64,000 nucleotides of DNA from Nitrospirota bacterium (GTDB lineage Bacteria > Nitrospirota > Thermodesulfovibrionia > Thermodesulfovibrionales > Magnetobacteriaceae). Under the pieces are notes generated by a model. The model did not search any database and was not told the DNA's origin. It saw nothing but the letters and a program-made list of their open reading frames with translations. This document shows, piece after piece, positions 18,037 to 26,942 of this stretch (its first letter is position 1; every line of letters starts with the position of its first letter). Where the stretch lies: assembly GCA_015233725.1 (NCBI GenBank), contig JADFXD010000006.1, positions 5,848 to 69,847 on the forward strand, read 5' to 3'. The position numbers and the translations under genes were made by a program.

Positions 18037-21000
18037 TCATCCTCCATTATTTCTCTTAGTAGTATCAATATTATAGATTACTTGAATCTTAATATGTTTA
18101 TCCTCTTTTTTAGGGTCAAAATCCAACGCTGCTGAGTATTTCTGACAATATAGTGCAAATTGCTTCATTCCTCCTGTTGGTACAATTTTATCCTCCCATA
18201 GTATATTGTCTCGTACATACATTATGGAAGCAAGTTTGTCTTCTGTATAACCAGCAAAATCAAACTCCATCCAAAAAGTCTCCGGAAATAATTTTGGATT
18301 GTTGTTATTCTTACGGATAAACTCAACAGCATTATCAATAACATTCATGAGACAAGTCTGCAAATTTTCAAGAGTAAATAAGATACCTGGTTGATCGTGG
18401 CTTATTCTAAAACGTATGTCAAAATCTGAGATTGGCCACTTAGATGCCTTTATTTTTTCAATTTCCATTTTTACCTTTATTGGATTGACAAACAAAGTTA
18501 ATAAACCTTCTTTGAGTGCATTTCCATATCCGTCCAGTTTTTCAAGTGTATCTAATAACTCCTGAGTATATTTTTTTTCTATTAACTTCTTCATTATAAC
18601 ACTTGTACTTTTTATTGCTGTAACGGGCTTATCTATATCCTTTAGCTCTATTTTAATAGCATTCCAAAGAGAGTCAATATTTTTTTGTTTGTTTGTTTTC
18701 TTCAGTGATTCCACAAAAGCTAGTACACGATTTATACCCTCAGATTCAAGAACATTAAACAATCTTTCTATGCTCAAAAAATCTTTTATTTGAATAAGCA
18801 ATCGAAGGTTTTCAATGTTTGTGCCCCAAGGAGTGCTTCGTTTAAGCAACCAGAGAAGTTCCATAAAGTCTTCTACTGGTGTTTTAAGGGATTTTTTATT
18901 TTGTGGGTTAAAAAATCTTTTTGTTTGATTAATCAAAGATTTTTTCCAACTATCATCTCCAATGTTTTTAATATCTTTTAAATCTTCCAATTTAGCAAAC
19001 AAATAGCTATCAGGGTCTAACAAAGCCAGACAAATTAAATCCTCACACGCTTCTTTATTATCCGCTTCTATCGCCGATGAAAACATCTTTTTAAAACTGT
19101 TGGATAACATTTCTGGAAAGAGTCGGTATATCCCTAATAACATTTTTATAGATACCCTTTCTTTGTCTAATTTTTGAATGAGCACAGAAGCTGTATTCTC
19201 TATAGCTTTATATGCAGAGACTTTATTTTCTATACCTTCGTATTCGGTATGGATTATTTCTTTAACTTCTTCAGCAGAAAAATGTGAAGACATGAATTCT
19301 TCACCGACCATTTCAATAAAAGTCTCTTGACATTCAACGCTATTCCGTAACATCGTTTTTAATTTTTCTCTTTGCTCAAGGTTTCTTGCTGCCTCTTCGT
19401 AGTATCCCCTCATGATTACTTTTTCTTTATCTTTATAGGATAGAGGGGTAACGATACCTTTATCTAAATCTTCTAAGGTAATTTCCTGTTTGGTGAACAA
19501 TTTTGCACGTTTATTAACAATTTCTGACAGATAATTGTACGTTTTTAAGTTTTTTACTTTATGTTGTACGTCAATAATGACTTTCTCTAACTCACACATA
19601 GGACACGAATTCTTAGACGTATATGCTTTAATAGGAAATATGCTTAATATTTCAATGAAAACATTCTTGCAATCATAGACATCCTCACTATCATTCTTAC
19701 AATTCCCATAGCCTCTTATTTTGCGATAGAACGATAAGAGTGTTGAATCCATTCTGGCCACAAGAATATAAATATAAATATAAGTTGGCTTAAACCTATG
19801 GGCATACTCCAGGCATAACCTTGCTGTTTCACCCGTGATGATTGCTGGAATTATAAACAAAATAGCAGTGGGATTGTTACTTGACATTGCCAATGTTGGT
19901 GGTGGTGCTTTCAACTGATCAAAAGTGATAGCTTCATATTTAGCTATGCCCTTTGTAGATATATAATCAGCGATCAGGTTTTCCCAGCCTTTTTGTTCAT
20001 CTAAGTAAAAAACCGTTATTTCCTCATTGTTTATACCTCGCTTGGTATGGTCGGTAATGAGTATATTGTTCAACCGTTCCTCAAGTTTACCTTTATTGTT
20101 TAAAAATAATTGTGCAAAATACAGGAAATAATTATAATGTTTGCCTTTGTAAAGAATGTGACCAGGAAATATAGCATGACTTTCAATAGCCATATCTACC
20201 AATTCATTAAATGATATTAAGGATATTTCAACATTATCATATGATGTAGGAGCAAGAGTCCGTTTATCTATTATCAAGACCTTTGAATAGTCAGTACCTG
20301 ATGGTAGCTCTTTAATTGGATTGATGGATTTTTTCAATATCCTTAACACAGAGACTTTGTGAGGCCCATCTCTTCTTTCTATAAGTATATACTCATATTC
20401 GTCTACTCGAGCATCAAGAAAACAAAAGACTTTAATCTCATCGATATATGAGTCTGGCACCAACGATAAAAAATTCCTTACCCCTTTTGCCGTACTTACA
20501 ACATCGGTTAATATTAAAAACCCTTTATTTTTATCTCTACTATTAAAAGCATCTATAAAGGAGCTACGTTCTTTATCCTTAATTTTTTTACACCATTTAA
20601 CATCTTTTGTTTTCTCAGTCATGTAATCTGTAAATTCATAAAATGATTCAGTAATAACAAAAACCGTTCCAATGTTACGTTTAAGTAGTAATTGTCTAAA
20701 GTAATTACCAGACATATCTCTAGCAATTTGTTGTGAGACCAGTTTACGAATCTCATAATAAGCATGAGTATAATATTTTCCTTCTATCAGATAATGAGCA
20801 TTTGGATATTTAACAGGAGGCCTTTCTATTAGCTCTCTGAGCTCCTTGTTTAGTGCATTTATATAAAGTTCAAAGAGGGATTCCGTGTTGAATTCCAGAT
20901 AGTTGCCATAAATAGGTGTTTCTGTTTTAACAGTTGAGTCTGGAAGTGTTATATTACCAAATGTTATTGTCTCTGAAAAATCATCGCTACACAAAATAAA

Positions 21001-22458
21001 AGACCTGTATTCTTGAAGACGGATCACTCCATTTGGAGATGCCTGTTGTTTATTTTGAATAAATTCCCATTGTTTTAAAGCTCCTGACATTAGTTCATTG
21101 CGTACCCCAAAGAGTATAAGAGCACAATCATACCTTCTTATAAGTGAGAGTATAACCAAGAGTAATGAAAATGTCTTGGTATCCACTTTTAGACCGTCAC
21201 CTTGTAGACCGTCACAGAGTATCGCTACTTGTAAGATGTCCTTTTGTCTGCACTCCGTTATAACTTCTTCTATTCTTTTTTGAACTTTTAAAATAAAATC
21301 ACTACTTGTAGCAGATTGTTTATTAATATCCCCCAGCGAGATAGAAAGAAATTTCTTTGGTACATAATCGGTCGTTGGTTTTCTCCATTGTACCTGCTTT
21401 ATTTTATCCCGATTACGAGGCACACGCACTAAAACATGGGTACCAGCAATTGGGGCAAGGTTGCTCTTTTTCTTAATTAAACGCTTGGTCAAAATCGAAT
21501 AGTCTATACTAACTAAGACACTACCAGTTCGGACAATTATCTGACCCCCATAAATTCTGCATAACGATGCCACATGAAAAAGCCCTGTAGGGATGGCATA
21601 GGCATATTCTTCACCATCTTTTTTAAGTATCTCCGCTACTTTTTGCTTTCTTCTTTCCTCGTCACTGGTAGAACTAAACTCAAAGGCATATACGACGGTT
21701 TTTAAATCCTTAGACAGCTTCCCTTTTATATCAGCATCTGCTGGGATATAGCCTTCAGGGACAAAAGAGGCCAACTTTTTTAGTAACCCCTCCTTACCTG
21801 AATCAGAAACAACCACCTCTATATATGATCTACCTCCAAATGATGCCAGTATTCCGTGCCATTTGAAGGTATCATGTTTCGGATATTCACTGACAGCAAA
21901 CCTGACATCAACCCCTGCTCCATGAACGAAGGCATTATCCCCGAGCTCATGTAACAATATATCCTTTAAGTCCCCATCCCTGATCAGATCAACGTCATCC
22001 CCACCCCCAAGCAGTTGATTATAGGAGGATGGCCTACCCAATGACCGTTCATATGAACGCAGTTCCTCCGTGTTGGAAAAATCTTTAAACACTGCAATAC
22101 CATAATTACAGCCAGGTTTAATGTTCAGCGATAACGTGACCCCTATCTTTTTTAGCTCCTCAAAGAAGCTGATCCGCGAGAGAAACCATACGGCTTGATT
22201 TTCATCGGTGATCTCTGCACCTACCCTCAACTCCTCAGCCGGTAGAATAGCCTTTACCGTCTTGCCACGGTCTCTTATCATCCGGTGTATCCAGTCAAAG
22301 AGCAGACTGGTCTGAAGTACCCCTATCCATCGCATACCGGAAAAATCAAATGTTATAGAATCATGCTTCTTACACTCATCAACATTCTTAGAAAATGCCT
22401 CTTCATAATCCAGGAGATTACAAGACTCCGGTAACTTTATCACATACTCTCTTTCCAT
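18037..22458 (-). CDS. 1473-aa multidomain protein: STAS-like + GHKL ATPase + two PRTase-like domains + C-terminal degenerate GHKL
   Basis: ITFDFSGMRWI (STAS-like); HELGDNAFVHG / VSDSG / TGL / GTHV (GHKL boxes); LILTDVVSTA and FIIPAIITGET (PRPP-loop-like); CPMC; LMNVIDNAVEF…VRDN. Confidence 0.7.
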   Translation of the reverse strand: MEREYVIKLPESCNLLDYEEAFSKNVDECKKHDSITFDFSGMRWIGVLQTSLLFDWIHRMIRDRGKTVKAILPAEELRVGAEITDENQAVWFLSRISFFEELKKIGVTLSLNIKPGCNYGIAVFKDFSNTEELRSYERSLGRPSSYNQLLGGGDDVDLIRDGDLKDILLHELGDNAFVHGAGVDVRFAVSEYPKHDTFKWHGILASFGGRSYIEVVVSDSGKEGLLKKLASFVPEGYIPADADIKGKLSKDLKTVVYAFEFSSTSDEERRKQKVAEILKKDGEEYAYAIPTGLFHVASLCRIYGGQIIVRTGSVLVSIDYSILTKRLIKKKSNLAPIAGTHVLVRVPRNRDKIKQVQWRKPTTDYVPKKFLSISLGDINKQSATSSDFILKVQKRIEEVITECRQKDILQVAILCDGLQGDGLKVDTKTFSLLLVILSLIRRYDCALILFGVRNELMSGALKQWEFIQNKQQASPNGVIRLQEYRSFILCSDDFSETITFGNITLPDSTVKTETPIYGNYLEFNTESLFELYINALNKELRELIERPPVKYPNAHYLIEGKYYTHAYYEIRKLVSQQIARDMSGNYFRQLLLKRNIGTVFVITESFYEFTDYMTEKTKDVKWCKKIKDKERSSFIDAFNSRDKNKGFLILTDVVSTAKGVRNFLSLVPDSYIDEIKVFCFLDARVDEYEYILIERRDGPHKVSVLRILKKSINPIKELPSGTDYSKVLIIDKRTLAPTSYDNVEISLISFNELVDMAIESHAIFPGHILYKGKHYNYFLYFAQLFLNNKGKLEERLNNILITDHTKRGINNEEITVFYLDEQKGWENLIADYISTKGIAKYEAITFDQLKAPPPTLAMSSNNPTAILFIIPAIITGETARLCLEYAHRFKPTYIYIYILVARMDSTLLSFYRKIRGYGNCKNDSEDVYDCKNVFIEILSIFPIKAYTSKNSCPMCELEKVIIDVQHKVKNLKTYNYLSEIVNKRAKLFTKQEITLEDLDKGIVTPLSYKDKEKVIMRGYYEEAARNLEQREKLKTMLRNSVECQETFIEMVGEEFMSSHFSAEEVKEIIHTEYEGIENKVSAYKAIENTASVLIQKLDKERVSIKMLLGIYRLFPEMLSNSFKKMFSSAIEADNKEACEDLICLALLDPDSYLFAKLEDLKDIKNIGDDSWKKSLINQTKRFFNPQNKKSLKTPVEDFMELLWLLKRSTPWGTNIENLRLLIQIKDFLSIERLFNVLESEGINRVLAFVESLKKTNKQKNIDSLWNAIKIELKDIDKPVTAIKSTSVIMKKLIEKKYTQELLDTLEKLDGYGNALKEGLLTLFVNPIKVKMEIEKIKASKWPISDFDIRFRISHDQPGILFTLENLQTCLMNVIDNAVEFIRKNNNNPKLFPETFWMEFDFAGYTEDKLASIMYVRDNILWEDKIVPTGGMKQFALYCQKYSAALDFDPKKEDKHIKIQVIYNIDTTKRNNGG

Positions 22459-22611
22459 TAACCAACCTCTTTAACTGTCATGAAACCATTGTAATCAAAA
22501 TAAAAAAATATAATCCAGTGAATTTTACTTCACATGTTTTTGAGAGCAAAATTGTAGATCGGGAGTAGGTATGTATCCGCCTCGATTAATTGCATCAAGC
22601 TCACGCATAAT

Positions 22612-22694
22612 GGGGTCAAGGGGGCTGGCCTCCTTGCAGGGGAGGTCTGAGGAGGGGGCGGCCAGGCGGCCCTCCTTCTTTCTTTTCTTTTTTC
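22612..22694 (+). repeat. Repeat family A copy
   Basis: GGGGTCAAGGGGGCTGGCCTCCTTGCAGGGGAGGTCTGAGGAGGGGG…CCCTCCTTCTT. Confidence 0.9.
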
Positions 22695-23036
22695 TTACCG
22701 CGGGTGGCATCAGGCAATCCGCCATCGACGGGGATGGTGGCCCCTGTGGTTGGTGTCTGCCGCGTCGCGAAGAACAATACAGCGCTGGCTACGTGCCTTC
22801 ATCCGGTCGGAGCAGATCTCCTTCCTCAGAATCTGACCTGCGACCGCCATCTGCAAACACCGTATCAGGGGCTAACCGCACCATCCACCGTCTCACCCGG
22901 CAGGTTGGTAACAACCACCTGAGCGCACTATTCGGGGACGGATTCAGGACTGCTTAGGCCGTGTTACCTTTGATTCCTAACAGTTTTTTTCAGGGTAGCC
23001 TTTATCTCTTCGCTTACATCAGGATAATTCGTGTAT
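22695..23036. repeat. Right copy of the long direct repeat: SDR remnant copy 2 plus the duplicated last 24 codons of the REC-kinase gene
   Basis: Minus strand gives PDTVFADGGRR / LRKEICSDRMKAR / ASAVLFFATRQTPTTGATIP(V)DGGLPDAT and YTNYPDVSEEIKATLKKTVRNQR*. Confidence 0.92.
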
Positions 23037-23318
23037 TTATAGGCAGATAGTCCTGCATAAGTAAGGAGACTGTACTTAATAATGCTTCTATGGTTAGCGC
23101 ATGACCTCATTACCACTATCTTTGCAGGACTACCAGTTCTTTAATTGCCCTGTTTGTTCGGGGGCAGTGTCTTCAGCCGTTTCGGGGCAGTCACAAAATC
23201 CCTAAAACTCAACTTTTAGTGCCAGGGGTGGGTGTAAATTCCTGTAAAATGCGGCATGAAATATTTAAAGTAAATATTTAGCATTTATCAAGTAACTTTG
23301 TATAAATAAATTTTTTTC

Positions 23319-23371
23319 TTGACAGCGTCCTGCCATGTGGTATAAAGTGGATCATAGTGGTAGAGATGTGG
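23319..23371 (+). promoter_or_regulatory. dcw promoter with MraZ-binding GTGG repeats
   Basis: TTGACA (23319)-16-TATAAA (23341); GTGG at 23337, 23347, 23357 and 23368 (10-11 bp period), as expected for MraZ autoregulation. Confidence 0.8.
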
Positions 23372-23826
23372 TAGGGTTTTACGGCAGACATAATTTAAAG
23401 GTCGATGACAAGGGCAGGATCGTGATACCTGCTCAGTTCCGAGACGTCATAAGGGGCAACTACGGCAAAAAGATATTTATAACCTGTGCCGTTAGTGACG
23501 AGTGTCTACAGGTGTTTCCCGACAAGGAATGGGAGGCGCTGATGACTAAGGTAAACGCGTTACCAAGGTCAAGCGATGCCGTGAAGTATTTTATGAGAAA
23601 GGTTGTCGGTTCGGCCTGTGAGAGCTCCTTTGACAATCATGGCAGGGTCGTTATCCCTCCCATACTAAGGGATGAGGTCGGCATAGCGTTGGATGGCGAG
23701 GTCGTACTAACTGGCCTCAACGACAGGATCGAGGTGTGGGAGAGACAGAGGTGGGAGAAGATGTTCAGGCCTGACAGCAACGGGGTCAAGCAGTATGAGG
23801 CAGAGCTCGCAAAGATGGGGATTTAG
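23368..23826 (+). CDS. mraZ: Transcriptional regulator MraZ
   Basis: VDDKGRIVIP and FDNHGRVVIP repeats; start set to GTG 23368 because ATG 23335 lies inside the promoter. Confidence 0.95.
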   Translation: MVGFYGRHNLKVDDKGRIVIPAQFRDVIRGNYGKKIFITCAVSDECLQVFPDKEWEALMTKVNALPRSSDAVKYFMRKVVGSACESSFDNHGRVVIPPILRDEVGIALDGEVVLTGLNDRIEVWERQRWEKMFRPDSNGVKQYEAELAKMGI

Positions 23827-23842
23827 ATGAGAGGGGATTTCA

Positions 23843-24721
23843 GTGTGTTTGTATCACAGACCGGTCTTAGTACAGGAGATTATAGGGCTTCTCGAGATAA
23901 TCGAGGGCGGGGTCTATGTTGACGCAACCCTGGGCATGGGTGGGCACAGCGAGGCAATACTGCAGAGGCTTGGCCCTGGCGGCAGGGTCATTGGCGTCGA
24001 TAAGGATGCCCAGGCAATCGATATCGCCAAGGCGAGGCTCTCCGATGAGCGTGCAATTGTGGTAAAGGAGGACTTTCGCAATATGGACAGCGTCATCAGG
24101 GGGTTGGGATATGACAGCGTCAATGGGATATTACTGGATTTAGGGATGTGCATGGGACAGATCAGAGACAAGGAACGAGGCTTCAGCTTTGACTCCGACT
24201 ACCGCCTCGATATGAGGATGGATAGGGAGTTGCCATTAAGCGCATGGCAGGTCGTCAATACCTTCAGAGAGGAAAGGCTCCAGGAGATAATCCGCACATA
24301 CGGCGAGGAAGGCAGATATAGAGCCATCGCCAAGGCAATCGTCATAGAGAGGAAGAATAAGGAGATCGATACCTGCAGGGAGCTGGCAGCGATTGTAGCT
24401 CACCAATATCGTGGCGGCAGGAGAAGGGTACATCCCGCGACAAAGACGTTTCAGGCCCTGAGGATATTTGTAAACGATGAGCTGGGTACGCTCAGACACA
24501 GCCTGGAGCTATGCCCCGATTTATTAAGTAGTGGCGGCAGGTTATGTGTTATTTCGTACAATTCACTTGAGGACAGGATTGTCAAGTTCTTCTTCAGGGA
24601 AAGGCAAGACAGCGGCCAGTTCAAGATACTCACAAAGAAACCAATAGTGCCAGGCCCCTTGGAGGTGCGCGACAACCCCTCATCAAGGAGCGCAAAACTC
24701 AGAGGAGGCATCAAGCAATGA
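23843..24721 (+). CDS. rsmH: 16S rRNA m4C1402 methyltransferase RsmH
   Basis: HRPVL, DATLGMGGHS, HPATKTFQALRIFVNDE and NPSSRSAKLR. Confidence 0.97.
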   Translation: MCLYHRPVLVQEIIGLLEIIEGGVYVDATLGMGGHSEAILQRLGPGGRVIGVDKDAQAIDIAKARLSDERAIVVKEDFRNMDSVIRGLGYDSVNGILLDLGMCMGQIRDKERGFSFDSDYRLDMRMDRELPLSAWQVVNTFREERLQEIIRTYGEEGRYRAIAKAIVIERKNKEIDTCRELAAIVAHQYRGGRRRVHPATKTFQALRIFVNDELGTLRHSLELCPDLLSSGGRLCVISYNSLEDRIVKFFFRERQDSGQFKILTKKPIVPGPLEVRDNPSSRSAKLRGGIKQ

Positions 24722-25011
24722 TCCATGCCAGGAGAAATGAGCTACTGGGCAACGCCCTGATGTTGCTGGGTATGTTGTTGATCGTGGCCAGCATCTTTTT
24801 CACCGTATGGCTGCGCTCAAGTATCAAGTCACTGCAGTACAGGTTGGGCAACCTGCAGCAGAGACAGCATCAGCTGATGAAGGAGCAGAGAAACCTGGTT
24901 GCCACGAGAGAGAGCCTGCTCTCTATCGCTAACATAGACCAGGTGGCAAAGAAAATGGGATTTGATTTTCCAGATAGGAGTAAGGTAATATATGTTAAAG
25001 AAAAAGGTTAG
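24718..25011 (+). CDS. ftsL: Cell division protein FtsL
   Basis: One TM plus coiled coil; position between rsmH and ftsI. Confidence 0.8.
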   Translation: MIHARRNELLGNALMLLGMLLIVASIFFTVWLRSSIKSLQYRLGNLQQRQHQLMKEQRNLVATRESLLSIANIDQVAKKMGFDFPDRSKVIYVKEKG

Positions 25012-25075
25012 ATTTTAACATGAAAGTGGGCACACATAATAATGAAATTAGCACAGGCGGCAGTAGGCGCAGACA

Positions 25076-26821
25076 ATGCTAAGTAGCAGACGTAACATGC
25101 TGTTGTACATAGTCGTATTTGTGGGGTTTTCTGCCATCATAGTACGGCTGTTTGACCTAATGGTCATAAAGCACGAGCGCTTTGCGAGGAAATCCGCAAC
25201 GCAAACCACTGCCCAGCTCGCCATAGAGGTCAGGCGTGGCATGATACTGGATAGACAGGGCAGGCGCCTTGCCATAAACCTGGAAGACAGCTCCGTGTAC
25301 CTGGATAAGCTAAACTACAGCGCCGATGAGAAGAAACTCTACCAGATGGCACAGATAATCAACGTAGACTATGACGACCTGCAACATACCTTAAGGTCAG
25401 ACAAGAACTTCGTGTGGATAAAGAGGAAGGTGCCCCTTGAGGAGACGACCAAGATAGAGCAACTCAAACTCAACGGGATAGGCTTCGTGCCAGAACCCAA
25501 GCGTCACTACACAATGGGGTCGTTGGCCTCGCACATCATAGGTTTCGTGGACGTTGACAACAGAGGGCTTGAGGGCATTGAGGCCAAATACAACAAGGAC
25601 CTCAGTAAATCGGGGGGAAAATACTTCGTGGAGAGGGACGCCCGCGGAAACATATTTTATACATCCAATGAAAATGAAAGAACAGGTAACTCTATAGTGC
25701 TCACTATAGATCAGGGTCTTCAGTATATCGTAGAGACAGAGCTTGACACCGCCATGGAGAAGTGGAAGGCGTCAGCGGCAACGGCAATTATGCTCGACCC
25801 GCACACCGGTGAGATACTGGCGTTGGCCAACCGTCCGACCTTTGACCCCAACGCCCCAGGCAAGTACAATCCCTCAACACGGCGCAACAGGGCTATAACA
25901 GACGCCTACGAACCGGGCTCAACATTCAAGGTCGTAACGGCAACCGGGGTCCTGGAAGAAAAACTGACGCGGCCAGACGAACTGATAGACTGCCAGGGCG
26001 GCTCCATCGAGGTTGGCAGAAAGAGGGTCAGAGACGCTCACCCACACGGGATACTCACCTTCATGGAGGTGGTCCAGAAGTCCTCCAACGTGGGCACGAT
26101 TAAGCTGGCCCAGAGACTCGGTAAACAGAGGCTCTACAGTTACATCAAAAGGTTCGGCTTTGGTGAAAAAACCGGACTCGACCTGCCAGGGGAGATTTCC
26201 GGCTGGGTCAGAAAACCAGAGAAGTGGTCTGGCACCTCTATTGGGGCAATCCCCATCGGACAGGAGGTCGCTGTCACCCCCCTTCAGATACTGACCGCAT
26301 ACTCAATAGTGGCCAACGGCGGCTATGCCATCTCGCCTCACATAGTCAAGGGCGTCATAACCCCAGAGGGCAAGACCATAAAATACTGGGGTGAGGACAA
26401 GAAAGAAAGATTGATATCCAAGGCGACGGTAGATATCCTGACAGAGGCCTTCAAGATGGTCACCCAGACCGGTGGTACGGCTAAAGAAGCCTCGGTTGAG
26501 GGCAACACGGTGGCAGGAAAGACAGGCACGGCTCAGATGTTCGATAAAAGCATAGGCAGGTACTCAAGCGTTGACTACATCAGCACCTTCGTTGGCTTTG
26601 TGCCCGCTGAAAAACCGGCGTTTTCCCTTATAGTCGTCGTCTGGAAACCACGCGGACAGATATATGGTGGTCTGGTATCAGCTCCCGTGTTTAAAAACAT
26701 AACCGAAAAATCACTCTCATACCTAAACGTGCCCAAAGACGACACTATAAAAAAAGACATCTTGGTTGTCGATAAAAGAAACACAAACTCAGCCCCCGGG
26801 GCACTAACACCAGTAAACTAA
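25076..26821 (+). CDS. ftsI: Penicillin-binding protein 3 / FtsI
   Basis: RGMILDR, EPGSTFK (SxxK), SSN and KTGTAQ. Confidence 0.95.
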   Translation: MLSSRRNMLLYIVVFVGFSAIIVRLFDLMVIKHERFARKSATQTTAQLAIEVRRGMILDRQGRRLAINLEDSSVYLDKLNYSADEKKLYQMAQIINVDYDDLQHTLRSDKNFVWIKRKVPLEETTKIEQLKLNGIGFVPEPKRHYTMGSLASHIIGFVDVDNRGLEGIEAKYNKDLSKSGGKYFVERDARGNIFYTSNENERTGNSIVLTIDQGLQYIVETELDTAMEKWKASAATAIMLDPHTGEILALANRPTFDPNAPGKYNPSTRRNRAITDAYEPGSTFKVVTATGVLEEKLTRPDELIDCQGGSIEVGRKRVRDAHPHGILTFMEVVQKSSNVGTIKLAQRLGKQRLYSYIKRFGFGEKTGLDLPGEISGWVRKPEKWSGTSIGAIPIGQEVAVTPLQILTAYSIVANGGYAISPHIVKGVITPEGKTIKYWGEDKKERLISKATVDILTEAFKMVTQTGGTAKEASVEGNTVAGKTGTAQMFDKSIGRYSSVDYISTFVGFVPAEKPAFSLIVVVWKPRGQIYGGLVSAPVFKNITEKSLSYLNVPKDDTIKKDILVVDKRNTNSAPGALTPVN

Positions 26822-26863
26822 AGAACATGGATATAAAATTTATAAATGTAGGATTAATAATTA

Positions 26864-26935
26864 GGGGGTCAAGGGGACTGGTCCCCTTGTGGGTGGGTCT
26901 GAGGGAGGGCAAAGCCCTCCATTCTTTCTTTCCCT
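26864..26935 (+). repeat. Repeat family A copy inside the dcw cluster
   Basis: GGGGTCAAGGGGAC-TG-GTCCCCTTGTGGGTGGGTCTGAGGGAGGGC-AAA-GCCCTCC. Confidence 0.9.
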
Positions 26936-26942
26936 CTTCTTT

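Noticed and set aside
22964-23110. 48-codon minus-strand ORF ending in the duplicated kinase C-terminus
   Set aside because: No convincing SD; half of it is simply the duplicated 3' end, so a chance fusion is likely
15850-23204. 14-bp perfect inverted repeat TAGGGATTTTGTGA (15850-15863 / 23191-23204) as transposon ends
   Set aside because: It would enclose the core gene iscU; no transposase or target duplication seen; at most IS-end debris
23335-23367. ORF-track N-terminal extensions of mraZ (also murE 26889, 30902, murG 34860, murB 37476, ddl 38464, proA 51210, 62930)
   Set aside because: They run through promoters, repeats or upstream genes; downstream starts fit the family N-termini and SD positions better
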